Below are positions 23,292 to 36,269 of a DNA stretch of 64,000 bases, in pieces. A model generated the notes under the pieces. It ran no database searches, was not told where the DNA came from, and saw nothing but the letters and a program-made list of their open reading frames with translations. A program made the translations under genes and the position numbers. Source of the DNA: Podarcis muralis. Lineage: Eukaryota. The DNA is taken from assembly GCF_964188315.1 (NCBI RefSeq), contig NC_135667.1, positions 13,082,001 through 13,146,000 of the forward strand. Reading direction: 5' to 3'. Within the stretch, counting starts at the first letter, position 1. Every line of letters starts with the position of its first letter.

Positions 23292-24162
23292 CTAATGTTG
23301 GGAATGTCCCTGAGTGGAAACCTGCCCAGAAAGCCTCGCTGAAAGGCTTCTAATGGTAGCCTTTATCTCCTTGTTCTTCAAAGCATAGATGGTTGGGTTT
23401 AGCAAGGGGGTGACACAGGTATAGAAGACAGAAAGCACTTTATCAATCATGAACCGGGCTGATGGACGCAAGTAAATAAACAAACAGGGCCCAAAGTACA
23501 TGGTGACCACAATGAGGTGAGAGGTGCATGTGGAGGCAGCCTTGGTGGTCCCTTCAGAGGGACCCCTGGAGTGGATTGTGTAGAGGATGAATCCATATGA
23601 GATGAGCAGGCCAATAAAAGAAACTAGTGACAAAATTCCACTGTTGGTGACCATCATGACCTCCAAGGGATTTGTGTCAATGCAAGCCAACTTGATGACC
23701 AATGGGAGGTCACAGAAGAAACTGTCCACTTGATTGGGCCCACAGAAAGGCACATTAATAATGAAACCCAGTTGCACAGTGCCATGGAGGAGCCCACCAG
23801 CCCATGAAGCAAGGAGAAGTGCCATGCAATGAGGCCGGCTCATAAGTGAGGCATAACGGAGGGGATGGGAAATGGCCACATACCGGTCAATTGCCATGGC
23901 TACCAGCAGGAGCATCTCACTCCCTACAAACACATGGAGAAAGAATATTTGTGCCATGCAGCCCTGGAAGGATATGATCTGATGTTGGGCAATGAAATCC
24001 AAGAAAATGCCGGAAAATGGCTGAGAAAATGAGAGTGTTGCTGAAGACAGTGGCCATGTAGAGGACGAGGAGGAAAACAAATAAGAAGAGTTGGATTGCC
24101 CAGGTTTCAGAAAGGCCAAGCAAGACAAACTCACTCACCATTGTCCGGTTTACACCCAGCAT
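23292..24162 (-). pseudogene. OR4-family olfactory receptor pseudogene (OR-1)
   Basis: OR motifs MAIDRYVAI, FCGPNQVDSFFCD, KAASTC, PLLNPTIY; ~89-nt frameshifting deletion near 24011 removes the IC1/TM2 segment relative to the paralog at 43051. Confidence 0.88.
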
Positions 24163-25049
24163 TCTTTTTTTGCATATCACTGTGAATATTGGAAAGGGAG
24201 AAAGGAGACAGTAATGAGATGCTTCCATCACAGTCTTTGGTGAAATCAGCAAAAAGTGCATCTTTGTGTTATCTGCCATTATTCTTTTTTTATTATTCAT
24301 TTTTATTTGATATTCTTTTGTTAGACAGTTACATATTCCGATCCATATTTTAACATATATTAAATATAAAACAAATCCAAACAATATCCACATTTCTTCA
24401 CCCATGACATCCCACTACCTCATTGCAGCTTCTTCTTGACTGGGTCCTGAGACTCCAATCCCAGTGGATCATACATTGTTCATAGGAACACCTGAAGGTG
24501 ACTTATACGGATCAAAGCCATTGCTCCAACTAGCTCACTAATGTTTGCAGTGGAGATGGGAAATCTGAAAGTCTTGTTCCCTTTCCTACACCCACACCCA
24601 CACACCTGCCTTTCATTGGAGACCTACAGTCTATTTTACTCAGCACCATAGAAGCCCACTCCTGGGGGCTGTGGGGGCTTCAGCCCCCACAATAAAATAT
24701 TTGAGGGTGCCATTCTAACACAAAGTTGATGGAAATTGCCATTCAAATGGTTTGTGAGCACTTATGCAAGATGGGGCTTACCTGGGCATCCTCAATATTT
24801 TATTCAAGTTGGCAGTCCTGCTCAATACTATCTACACTGACTGATAGTTGCTTTTCCGTGTTTTAGACACAATAAATTCACAAACTTACCCGGAGATGCC
24901 AGGAATCGAACCGCACCAACCGAATGTAAACAGATGCTCTGAACCCCCTCTCCATTCTATCAACTCGGCTAAGATATGCTGCCCTTCTGCCCAAACTTTT
25001 GTACGCACCCTAACCCACCACTACCCCCACCAATTATTTAAATGATCAA

Positions 25050-25750
25050 AGGTTCCCTATCCTTGATTTAGACACAGGGTTATTGTTTTTTAGGATGATA
25101 GGAACCTGCTTTATATTGAATCAGAGTTGGAGTGACAAGGAAATCAAATATGCCACAAAAAAGGCCAAACAATCCGAGGTACCGTTTGCTTACGTTCATC
25201 AGTCCATGTGTCAAAGAACCCACTAGTTTTAGGGACTGGGTAAGAAAGAAATAGCTTCTAAATGGGGACCATATTGAGAGACTTGCAATCATACTCCCTC
25301 TTGTTTTGAATAAAAGAAGGGAATTGAATTTTTAAAAACATCTCTACTCAAACAATAAGAGATCAAGTACAAATGGGGCATAGCTTTTAAGCTAATTGTA
25401 TATTGGGATGGAGAATGGAACGCCATAAAATCTATTCAGAATGCTTATGGATTCAAAGAGGCTAGACATTAGTGTATGCAGGGGAAATATGAGAAGGCAC
25501 TCTGTACCAGGTCTTGTAACTTTAATGGAGAAAAAAAGATGTATGTCAAATCAATATTTGAAGAATCTGGAAATAATGTAGCAGAAAGTAGATGAACAAA
25601 AGAAATAGATGCAGGTTCAAAAAGGAGTCGATTTGCAAAACTTAAACACAAAAACCTAAACTGAGATACAGCAATAACTAACTAACTAACTGAACGGAGT
25701 TTCAGAAGTAAATTCTCAACAGGTGTTTTTTTTTTTTTTTTTGCCCCTCT
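25050..25750 (+). mobile_element. Possible decayed L1-type ORF1 fragment
   Basis: KYKWGIAFKLIVYWD resembles L1 ORF1 C-terminal motifs; A-rich and heavily interrupted. Confidence 0.3.
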
Positions 25751-27348
25751 TCCTTTTTGTCTTTTAAAATTATTTTCTTGTGAGTTATTTTCTTTATTTT
25801 GAGTTATCTAAGTTAATTATGAAATTATTTTCTCTGAACACAAAAGTGTGAAATTCCCCTAATAAAAGTTGCTGGTATGCATGTTCATTAGCAAATGAAA
25901 AAGCTGGTTTTATTATTTCTTCGGAAACTAGTACAATTCTTGTGTCCGTATGTGTTTGTGTGTGTGTTTTAGCAAGATAGGAAGCTCCTTATACTGTGCC
26001 AGACCATCGATCCATTTAGCTCAGTCAGGGTGTCAGACAGGAGAACATCCACAACCCTTTCTTGAAATGCGGAGGGATTGAACCTGAGACTAGATGCATG
26101 CAAAGCAGATGCCGTCCCCTTCTGCATCTCATCAACTCCTCTAAAATATGCTATCCTTCTGCCTAAAGTTTTGTATGCTCACCAACTATTCCCTTCCTAA
26201 GAATCAGTTCATATTCCAATACACAATGTGAGGTGCTTGGAGCACAGCTGTTTGGGGTTCCTCAGAGTTACTGTAGAAGGAAATTAGAGGAGATTCTAAG
26301 AAGAACTTACCCTCCAGAGGACACTGTAGAAAAGAAAGCTGGAGGTACTCTTTGTCCTTTCACAGCAGGTTCCAGCAGCTGCTCCTTCCCTACTAGGGTG
26401 TGTGACAAAAAGTGGATCGTAGCACTGTGTTTGCAGAGAGTTCATCCAGACTTCCTTTTGTGTCACATTTCTAGTCACAGGTCCGGGTGTTAAATCTCTA
26501 TGCTCGAGGCAGGAGGGAAAACACCAGTGGCAGAATGATTAACAGACCATATGCCACTATCACTATTTTGTGATTCCCTTCCAAATAAGAATCTGGGTAG
26601 GCACTGTCAAGAGACTGAGTCCTCAGCTAGATAGTCAGAGTCTGGCGTGGAATGGTAGACTGGATTTCTCAAGTTTTTAAGTTTTTCCTTAGCAAAGAAC
26701 ACAACTTCTCTAACCTCAGTATTCCAACAACATGCTGGGAATGATCTATTCCAGATCAGGCTCCAGCCATCTGGTTGAGCCTTCTGACAGTGGTTAGACC
26801 AGATGCCTATGGTAAACCCATAAAAAGAACATGGGTGCAATAGCCCTCTCCTGCTGTCCCCCCAGCATTTAGAGCCACACCACCTCCGAAACTGAAGGTA
26901 CTAAATATAATCCCCAAGTTCTTGATGGACAATTGCATCCTTACAATGCTGACCAGTTCTGAGAATAAACTCGTGTCCATCAGTAAGCTAGTCACCAAAA
27001 GGCATGTGGAGCGCTGGAGTTAGAGAGGGGGAAAGGGAAGATTAGCAGATGGAAACTGCTGGACAGCTCCTTGGAGCAGTCTCCAAAATGTCACTTTTCC
27101 CAGAGTTTCGCACCTGCCTGTTGGAAAAATCTAATACACCCCCAACTATTTTTTTTCCACCCACCTGCAAATCCCAGCAGATATTCCTTGAGGTTTTCTG
27201 CAGCAACTTATTCTGTAAAGCTCAGCATCAGTATGGATAACTTTGTTCTCATTCCATCTGTTGTCTATGAGTGGTGACAGGATGAGATACCTGTGTGGAT
27301 GAGATCTCTGCTTAAAAGGCAGGATGAAGAGCAAATCAAGAGTTAGTG

Positions 27349-27350
<2 letters not shown>

Positions 27351-27386
<36 letters not shown>
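27351..27386. repeat. (GT)n microsatellite directly beside the candidate OR-1 promoter homeodomain site
   Basis: Direct reading. Confidence 0.95.
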
Positions 27387-27389
<3 letters not shown>

Positions 27390-29069
27390 TAATTGCTCAT
27401 TCTTTTTGAAATGCATTAGCTGGTGCATTTTCTGCTTCAAGGGAGCTAGGAAAAGAAGCAATACTTTGTCACTAAGGTACACAGCTGTCCTCAGGGGTGT
27501 ATTGCGTGTTGATTTGACTTCTGGTTTGGTTTTCTGGTTAGATGGCAAGGGAGAACAAAAGATGGGGATAAAGAGGGTTTGATTTTCTACCCCTTTCTTG
27601 AATGTGTGATTCCACCACCTCCAGCAACTGAATAATGTCCAACTGTACCGATCAAGAGGAAAGGAAGAGCAAGATATTAAGTGGGTTAACAAGATTAGCA
27701 AGATGATTTGTGGCTAAACTATTTTCCAGCTGCCACCATTATTACACGTGCCTCTATGAACATGCACCCATGAACCTCAAAACAGGCATATGTGAGAGGT
27801 GGAACTTTTGTGTGAGTCAAATACAAATGCCAGAAATTCACAATACAATTTAAAAATTGAACTTTTAAAACTCGTTTTGGAAAATTGAGATTTAAGTTAC
27901 TACAATGCAATCAATGTGATGCAAGACAATAATGGGTTCATTTTAATAATAATACATTCACAATGCTTAATCTAAAGAAAAAGAAAAAGAGTTGTTTTAA
28001 AGTAGAAAACAAAATGATGGAGCATAACCCTAAGTTACTGAAACCCCAAGAAAATAGGAAAGAATACAATGACCTAACTTGGGCCTTGCAACTATCTTGC
28101 TGTATGTGAGTTGTCTCTGGGCTAAGCACTGGTCCAAGTGTTTTTCTGTTTGCTCCACAGCTTTCCCCAAGAAAGTCCATTGTTTACTGCTTAGGACTTA
28201 TCCACCCCTCTGTTTGCCCTGCAACTTTCTACCGGGGAAACCCAATCTTTAGTGCTAAATTGGAACAAAAGGCAATCAGATTTTCCAGGAGCAAAGGAAA
28301 AACTGCTCAGACACAGGCCTAGAAAGCACTGAACGAGCAGAAAAATGCTCAGACCCATTGTTTCTAGGTCCAGGACAAGCAGAAATGTGGGCGAGACCTC
28401 AATCAGAGCGAACGTAAATTCATGGAAAACCTAATTTATGTCTGCTCCAGTTCAGAGGTAAAGATCAGGTTTCCACAAGGAAAAGTGTTGGGACAAGGAG
28501 GAAATGTGGGTGAGCCTTCAGTTAGCAAGAAATGAAACCTGAGAACTCAGAGTCTCTGTGTCACTAGAGTCAGCAGGCAGGGAAGAGACCCAGCTCAGCA
28601 TGTAGAGAGAAGGAGCTCCCAGCATGTTGGAGGAGAAGCTAAATTTCACAATTGTGAACCAGCATGTTGCTTAAGGTCACTCTCTCTGGGGAGAGAAACT
28701 GGATGTAATAGAACCATCTATAGTAGAAGTGGGGCTTTTTTCAGGGGGAACTCACAGCAACTCTGTTCCAGCACCTCTCTGGGGGGCTCCATTACCATTC
28801 TAAGAGAATAAAGGAAGTGTTCATTGTGAGTTCCAGCACCTCTTTTTCTAGAAAAAACACTGAGTAGTAGCCACTGATAGCCCTATCCTCCATAGATATG
28901 TCTAATCCACTAAAGATACCCAAGCTGATGGTCATCCCATATGGTCATAATTTCCATTGTTCAGTTGTGTGATGCGCAAAGAAATACATCCTTTTCAGCT
29001 CCACTGGTAGAGTCTGGGTTCTAGAATTAAAAGGGGAGGGAAATGTCTCTCTATCTACTTTCTCTACAC

Positions 29070-29290
29070 CAGGCATGTCCAAAGTCTGTTTCGGGGCCCT
29101 AATCCGGCCCGTTGGTTGGTTTACTCATGCTCCTGTGGCAATTTATTTCCTGGGGTAAATCCTAAAAAAACCCTCAACAACTTCAATCCTAAAAAAAGGT
29201 TAACACCTTTGGTTGGCCCTTTGGTCAGCCCTCACGGCCCTTCACTTCATCAAATCTGGCCCTCTTTGAAAAAAAGTTTGGACACCACTG
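29070..29290. mobile_element. hAT-type MITE
   Basis: 8-bp TSD CTCTACAC at 29062 and 29291; imperfect CAG..GTCCAAA TIRs. Confidence 0.85.
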
Positions 29291-29390
29291 CTCTACACTG
29301 TGTATAAATGCAAGTAATTAAGTAACTAGTGATTTGAGACTCCATAGTGACAGCCTAAATCCAGTGCTAGAGGAGACCATATCAAGCTGC

Positions 29391-30347
29391 TTAATGGTGG
29401 GGATGGCTCTGAGTGGAGACCTGTCCAGAAAGCCTAGACAACAGACTTCCAAGGGCAGCCTTCATCTCCTTGTTCTTCAAAGCATAGATAGTTGGGTTCA
29501 GCAAAGGGGTGATAAAAAGGGAAACAATGTCAAGCACTTTATCAATCATGAGCATGGTGGATGGACAGAGGTAAATAAACATAATTGGCCCAAAGTACAT
29601 GGTGACCACAATCAGGTGAGAGGTACATGTGGAGGCAGCCTTGGTGCTCCTTTCAGAGGCGCTCCTGGAGTGGATCGTGTAGAGAATGAAACCATATGAG
29701 AGAAGCAGGCCAATGAAACACACCAGTGACATAATGCCACTGTTGGTGATCATCATGACTTCCAGGAGGTAGGTGTCAGTGCAGGCCAACTTGATGACCA
29801 AGGGGAGGTCACAGAAGAAGCTGTCCACTTGATTGGGTCCACAAAAAGGCGCATTAATGATGAAACCCAGTTGCACAGTGGCATGGAGGAACCCACCAGC
29901 CCAGGAAGCAAGCCCAAGCCCCACACAATGGTGCCGGTTCATGAGTGTGGCATAACGGAGGGGATGGGAAATGGCCACATACCGGTCATAGGCCATGGCT
30001 ATCAGCAGGAGCATCTCACTGCCTGCAAAGAGATGGAGAAAAAAGATTTGTGCCATGCAGCCATGGAAGGAAATGACATGGTGTTCGGAAAGGAAATCAA
30101 AGAAATTTGGAATGGCAAAAGAGGGCAAGCAGAGGTCCAGAAAAGCCAGTTGACCCAGCAGAAAAAACATAGGTGAATCTGAAAGGTGGTGATCGCTGAA
30201 AATTGCTGAGAGGATAAGAATGTTGGTGAAGACACTAGCCACGTAGAGGACGAGGAAGAAGAGAAATATGAATAGTTGGACTTCCCAGGATTCAGAGAGG
30301 CCCAGCAGGATAAATTCGGTCACCATTGTCTGGTTTGCCTCCATCAT
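29391..30347 (-). CDS. OR4-family olfactory receptor OR-2, intact, 318 aa
   Basis: ATG at 30347 after a CAG acceptor; SPMFFLL, MAYDRYVAI, FFCDLP, STCTSH, PLLNPTIY. Confidence 0.93.
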   Translation of the reverse strand: MMEANQTMVTEFILLGLSESWEVQLFIFLFFLVLYVASVFTNILILSAIFSDHHLSDSPMFFLLGQLAFLDLCLPSFAIPNFFDFLSEHHVISFHGCMAQIFFLHLFAGSEMLLLIAMAYDRYVAISHPLRYATLMNRHHCVGLGLASWAGGFLHATVQLGFIINAPFCGPNQVDSFFCDLPLVIKLACTDTYLLEVMMITNSGIMSLVCFIGLLLSYGFILYTIHSRSASERSTKAASTCTSHLIVVTMYFGPIMFIYLCPSTMLMIDKVLDIVSLFITPLLNPTIYALKNKEMKAALGSLLSRLSGQVSTQSHPHH

Positions 30348-31914
30348 CCACTTCTTGCATATCACTGTGAAAATCGGTGAGAAAGAAGATGGTAATAAGA
30401 TACTTCCATCAGAGTCTTAAATCAGTGAAGAGGGGCATCCTTTTGTCAGTTTCCGCTATTCTTGACTGTGTCCTGAGACTACAGTCATAGTGGATCATAT
30501 GTTATCATAGGAATATAGTGAGTCAGACTGCTGCTCCATCTTACTCAGCAACAACTGCCCAAGGGATAGGGAACCTGTAGCCTTTCAGACCACAATGGCT
30601 GAGACTGATGGGAACTGTAACCCAAAGGGCCGTAGGTTGCCTGTATTTATGATTTACACCCCTACCTCCCAAGCCCACCCCTTTCAGGAAGACAGCAAGG
30701 TGCCTTATATTGATCATTGGTCCATTTAGCTCTGTTATAGTCTGCAGCAACTGGCAGTGTTTCTTCAGGGTTTTAGACACAAGAAAATTCACATGTTGGG
30801 CACTGGATCTGTGATGTTCTGAATACAAAGCAGATGCTTTGCCTCTGAGCTATGATCCTTCCCCATCTTATCAGCTCCTCTAAAATATACTACCCATTTC
30901 CCCACGTTTTATATAGACACATGCAGCTGAAGTCACCAACTATCAGTCCTCCTAAGAAGTAGACCACTTTGCAAAATGCAATGTAATAAGCGTCTTCAGA
31001 GCTGCTGCAAAAGGAGATTGCAGGAGATTCTAAGGAGAAGTTATCATCCATTGATTAGTATGAAGAAAGCACAATCAGCTTTGTGTCCTCTCACACCTCT
31101 TTTATTTAGCAGTAGCTCCACCACCAGAGACTGCATCTCCGGACTCCTTTTATAGACACAAGGAGTAGTCTGAATGTATCCCTTTGTCTATCTTCATTAC
31201 TTAATTGTATCTATGAATGCTGTGTTGTTTAAAGGCTTATCTTACAGTGGAATGCCTCTCCTCTTTTCATGTCTTTCTAAAATCCATCCTAGTCCTTGGT
31301 TTCACCCCACCCACCATTTGAATAAGTTTTCCACCCCCACCTCTTTTTCAGGAAATGTGGGCTGGTGGACTGATGTTCCTCTTCCTTACCCATTCTATTC
31401 TTAGTGTCTCTCAGATAGGTCTAACCATTTCTGTAAATGTTAATGGAAGAGAAGGGAAGAGAAGGGAATGTTACAATGAGGAGTGCTTCACTGTCCCACT
31501 TAGCCATCTCTTCTTCCTGTAAACTCCATTGTAGTCTCACTCTTCTAGCTCACCATCTTTCCACCCCCACCTTGAAAATAGCAAGAGGCAGTTAGCTTTC
31601 TGTGACCACTGGACATGAGCACAAGAGCACTCTTCTCTGCTGTGGATTCCAGCAACTGGTATTCAGAAGCATACTGCCTCCCACCATGGAGGTAGAGTTT
31701 GGCCATCATGACCAGTAGCCATTGATGGCATTGTCCTTCATAAATCTGTCTAATCCTTTTTTAAAGCTATCCACATTGGTGACCATTGCTGCTTCCTGAA
31801 TTACTTTCCTTCATCCATCCTGAATGATCATTCAGTTTCATTGGTGTTTACTGTTTTTTTATATATGCTGTAAGGTTCACAGAGTCGCTGGGGTGTCACA
31901 GCTGGATGGGCGGG

Positions 31915-31915
<1 letters not shown>

Positions 31916-31955
<40 letters not shown>
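31916..31955. repeat. (TAT)n microsatellite
   Basis: Direct reading. Confidence 0.9.
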
Positions 31956-31956
<1 letters not shown>

Positions 31957-34571
31957 TCCTGAAAAAAAAATTGTTTTCACTTTTGATGACCTTGGGGTTC
32001 CACTGAGGATGCTGACCCTTCCCTTTCATTTCTCAGTGGTCCTGTTTTCGCTACATCCCTTTTGGTGCCAAGCTCACTCTTAGACAGGACCACAGATGTT
32101 GCAGCCATGATATTCCATTATGCAAAGTAAAAAGAACCAGCTAGAGAGCTCATGGGTAGCTTGTGAGATTTATTGCTTCAGCATATTGTAATGTTCAGTA
32201 ATAATGAATTGCACAAATGCACACAAACACACAGACTTTGTAAACCACACTGAGAGCTTTTTTATGATCAAGTAGTATATAAATAGATATCTCAGTGACT
32301 TCCACCCATTGCATCATGTTTAGAGTACCAGGTGTAGGAATTCTGGAAGAATTATTAATAGGTGTTCAGCGAGATGATCACGGTGTGATCTGGAATAGCA
32401 GTTCTAATTCATCAAATTATTATATTTTGCTTAGCAAGGAATATCACTTCCCTAACCTCATTATTCCAAAAGCACGCTGAGACTGAACCATTCCAGATCA
32501 GGCTGTAGCCATCTAGTGGAATGTTCTGTGTTCTGACAGTGGTCAACCAGACACCTATGGGAAACCCACAAAAAATACATGCGTGTAATAGCCCTCTCCT
32601 GCTGCCTTTTCCCAGCATTTAGAAGCATGCCACCTGTTTCTGGAGGCATTATATATAGTCTTCAGTGTTCTGGGTGGACAATTACATCCTAATAATGCTG
32701 ACCAGTAGCCATATTACCCCTATCACCAATCTACCCACCAAAAGGCATGTGGAGTGCTGGAGATAGAGAGGGGAGATTAGCAGATGAAACTGCAGGAGAG
32801 CTCCTTGGAGGAGTCTACAAAGTAATACTTTGCAGAATTTTGCACCCTCCTTTTTGGAGAAATCTAATGCATCCTCAACTGGGTTTTTACTCACCTGCAA
32901 ATCCGAGCAGAAGTGTCTTGATGTTTTCTTGATGTTGGAGGAGACCCCTGACTAGCTCAGAATCAGCGTGAACCTATTTGATCCAGTTTCTTCTTCTGCC
33001 TGTGAGTGGTGTGGGGCTGTGAATAGCTGTGTGGATGATATAGCTGTTTGAGAAGCAGGATGAAGAGCAAATTAACAGTCAATGGAATGTGCAGGATTAA
33101 TTGCTCATTCCTTTCGAAAGGAGACTGCTGAGGCTGGTGCCTTATCCGCTCCTAGGGAGCTAGTGGAAAAGGTAATGCTTTGTCACTGTGGCAAATGTTA
33201 CATGATGTCCCTCAAGGGTGCATGGTGCTGGTTTAAGTTCTGGCTTGTTTCCCTTGGTAAATGACAAGGGATCAAAGAAGATGGGAAGAGAGAAGGATGC
33301 GATTTTCTACCCCTTTCTTGAATACATGATTTCACCAACTCCACCAATAGAATCATTTCAAACTGTTCCATTCTGGGTGGAAGGAAGGATAGGATTCCAA
33401 GTGAATAACAAGATTAGCAAGATTTCTGAGAGGTAGATCTTTGTGTGAATCAAATGGTCCTTGCCTGAAAAATGTACCTAAACAGTTCTCAATCCAGAAA
33501 TTCACAAGACAGGACAATTTAAAAAACATATTTTTATTACACCGGGGAGGGAGAAAACGAGGTTTCAGTCACAATGGTCTAATCAATGCAATGGAATACC
33601 TCCATGAATCCATTTTAATTCTAATTTCCTGATACATTTGTACTCCTCAATCTGAAGAAATAAAGGGCCTGATACATTTGTACTCCTCAATCTGAAGAAA
33701 TAAAGGGCCCTTTCCAAGTGGAGAAGAAAGTAGTGAACTGTAACACTTAGCTATAGAAACCACAAGAAATTAGAATAGATGTCATTGAACTATCTCAGGA
33801 CTGGAGATGTGTTCCTGAAGCTCTGTGAATGCGTGTAAGTTGAAGTCAGAAGTCAAGACCAGGAACTCTGAGTCTTCTGGACTCATAAAACTGCCCTTGC
33901 AATTGTTTTGAGTTTCAGGGCTGCAGGACTGAAACCCCGGGTAGCCATAGCCAGCTGGTATAGACAATACTGTGGAGATGGACTAATGGTCTGATTCAAT
34001 ATAAGGTAGGTTCCTGCCTTCCTATGAAGAAGGTGTGGGATAACCAGCCTCATGTAACCAACATGCTTAAGTCTAATTGATGCATGAAGGGGTTAAAACC
34101 ATAAAGTAAGCTGTCCTGCCAGGTTTAACTAGAGTCACTCACCATCTCCTTTGTAGGAAAGGTTATCAAGCCCCTTGTTCTGCTTTCATTCCACCATGTG
34201 AACCCTACTAGTAAAGAGGTCTGAGTTGGTTGTATCAAACTCAGACCACATGGGTTAAACAATATATATACAAATGATTTATATACAAATGATTAAAAAA
34301 TACTCACCACTTTGAAACCTAAGTTTTAATGCCCATGTTTTCAGACTGCTGTATGGACAAGCACATGAACCTGACCTTTGAAGTGTTTGTAAGCAAACCA
34401 TGTGTAACTTAACAAATGTGTGGACTCTTTCTATGCTGAGGGAAGATGGAAACTTTGGGAGCAACTCAAAAGGGGACATTTAAAAAGTCTAACAGGCTAT
34501 ATCACCACATTTTACTTTGCTGCATATCTTGTGATTTTAAAACTCTGTTGGGGTTCTCTAACCAATGAGTA

Positions 34572-36269
34572 CCGTATTTTTCGCTCTATAACACGCACCT
34601 GACCATAACACGCACGTAGTTTTTAGAGGAGGAAAGCAAGAAAAAAATATTCTAAACAAAACAGTGGATGTATGATTTTTGTGGTTCATGCTGTGGCCAC
34701 AAACGTGATCTGACGGTGAGTTTGGGGTAGCCCAATGCAAAAATCCTGTGGATCCATGTGGATCCATGCTTTGTAACCACGTTTTTGCGCCATTGCAGCC
34801 CCATGAAACAGTGGGTGCATGATTTTTTTGGTGCAGGCTGTAGCCATGGACATTTTATGTGATCTGATGGTGAACCTGGGGTGACCCAGTGCAAAAATCC
34901 TGAGGATCCATGTGGATCCGTGCTTTGTAACCACGTTTTAAGTAGGGAGGGAAGGAAAAGCATTCAAGGGACAAGGAGCATGCGTGGGGTGTGTAGAGAA
35001 GGATGTGGCTAATGATGCAGGCGAGCGGTTAAAGGGGAGAAGGAACACGCGTGGGGTGTGTAGAGAAGGATGTGGCTAATGATGCAGGAGAGGGATTTAA
35101 GGGGAGAAGGAACACGCGTGGGGTGTGTAGAGAAGGATGTGGCTAATGATGCAGGAGAGGGATTTAAGGGGAGAAGGAACACGCGTGGGGTGTGTAGAGA
35201 AGGATGTGGCTAATGATGCAGGAGAGGGATTTAAGGGGAGAAGGAACACGCGTGGGGTGTGTAGAGAAGGATGTGGCTAATGATGCAGGAGAGGGATTTA
35301 AGGGGAGAAGGAACACGCGTGGGGTGGGTGGAGAAGGATGTGGCTAATGATGCAGGAGAGGGATTTAAGGGGAGAAGGAACACGCGTGGGGTGTGTAGAG
35401 AAGGATGTGGCTAATGATGCAGGCGAGCGGTTAAAGGGGAGAAGGAACACGCGTGGGGTGGGTGGAGAAGGATGTGGCTAATGATGCAGGAGAGGGATTT
35501 AAGGGGAGAAGGAACACGCGTGGGGTGTGTAGAGAAGGATGTGGCTAATGATGCAGGAGAGGGATTTAAGGGGAGAAGGAGCTCGAGTGGGGTGTGTGGA
35601 AAAGGAGCTTTTCGGCGAGCTGAGAGGGGAGGGGGGAGGGAAAGAGCACTGTTGCTTTAAAGGAGCCAACCAGACAGCAGCCACTTACAGCAGTGTAAGC
35701 AGCTCCTTTCCTCTCCCACTTTGCTCCTTCTCTCCCTCTTTGCTGCTTTACGCAGCTAATGGCGAATCCCCTGCAACCCAAGTCCTGCTCAGCGGATCAG
35801 CTGAGACGCTGGGAGAATCGTAATTTCCCTCTCTCCCTCATCCCGTGCCCTCCTGTCCCCAGCAGCCTTTTTAAAAACTTTTTTACTGGTTTTCACTGCG
35901 CTCGTGGCTCAGAGCCCTCCTGTGCCCTGCCGTCCCTCTGCAGCCTCATTGCTCCGTTTAGAGAGCGTTGCTAGCTGAGGCTGCAGCAGCTGTTGCTGGC
36001 TACGCGGCGCTTTTCCGGCTCCCTATGGCTCCCGTCTGTCCCTCCTCGCGTGTAAGCGGCTGCTGCCCGCTTTGCTGCCATGGCTCTCCTTCCCTCCCTC
36101 CCTCCTCGGCTCCTCCCCCTCCTCCTGGCTGTAAAGCAAGCAAAGCTTGCTTTGCTTGACTGACGGCAGCCATGGATCCAGTCGAGTGCATTCGCTCCTT
36201 AACACGCACAGGCATTTTACCTTACTTTCTAGGAGCAAAAAAGTGCGTGTTTTGGAGCGAAAATTACGG
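34572..36269. mobile_element. Non-autonomous Tc1/mariner-pogo (Tc2-like) DNA transposon, ~1.7 kb
   Basis: ~27-bp TIRs CCGTATTTTTCGCTCTATAACACGCAC / GTGCGTGTTTTGGAGCGAAAATTACGG, TA on both sides, no transposase ORF. Confidence 0.88.
34982..35600. repeat. 67-bp tandem minisatellite, 9 full copies plus a partial
   Basis: Units start at 34982, 35049, 35116 ... 35518, 35585. Confidence 0.95.

Noticed and set aside
23917-24405. 162-aa ORF appearing to extend OR-1 upstream
   Set aside because: Open frame running through intron sequence past the CAG acceptor; only the part from ATG 24162 is OR-like
29334-30176. Plus-strand ORFs overlapping OR genes (also near 36930, 43054, 51508, 57616)
   Set aside because: Antisense shadows of OR codon usage, with no recognisable domains
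30348-30365. GTG/TTG-initiated N-terminal extensions of OR ORFs (also 44028, 58187, 61612)
   Set aside because: These codons straddle the splice acceptor of the coding exon; downstream ATGs match paralogs
34982-35600. Regularly spaced repeats resembling a CRISPR array
   Set aside because: Head-to-tail 67-bp units with no unique spacers, eukaryotic context, no cas genes
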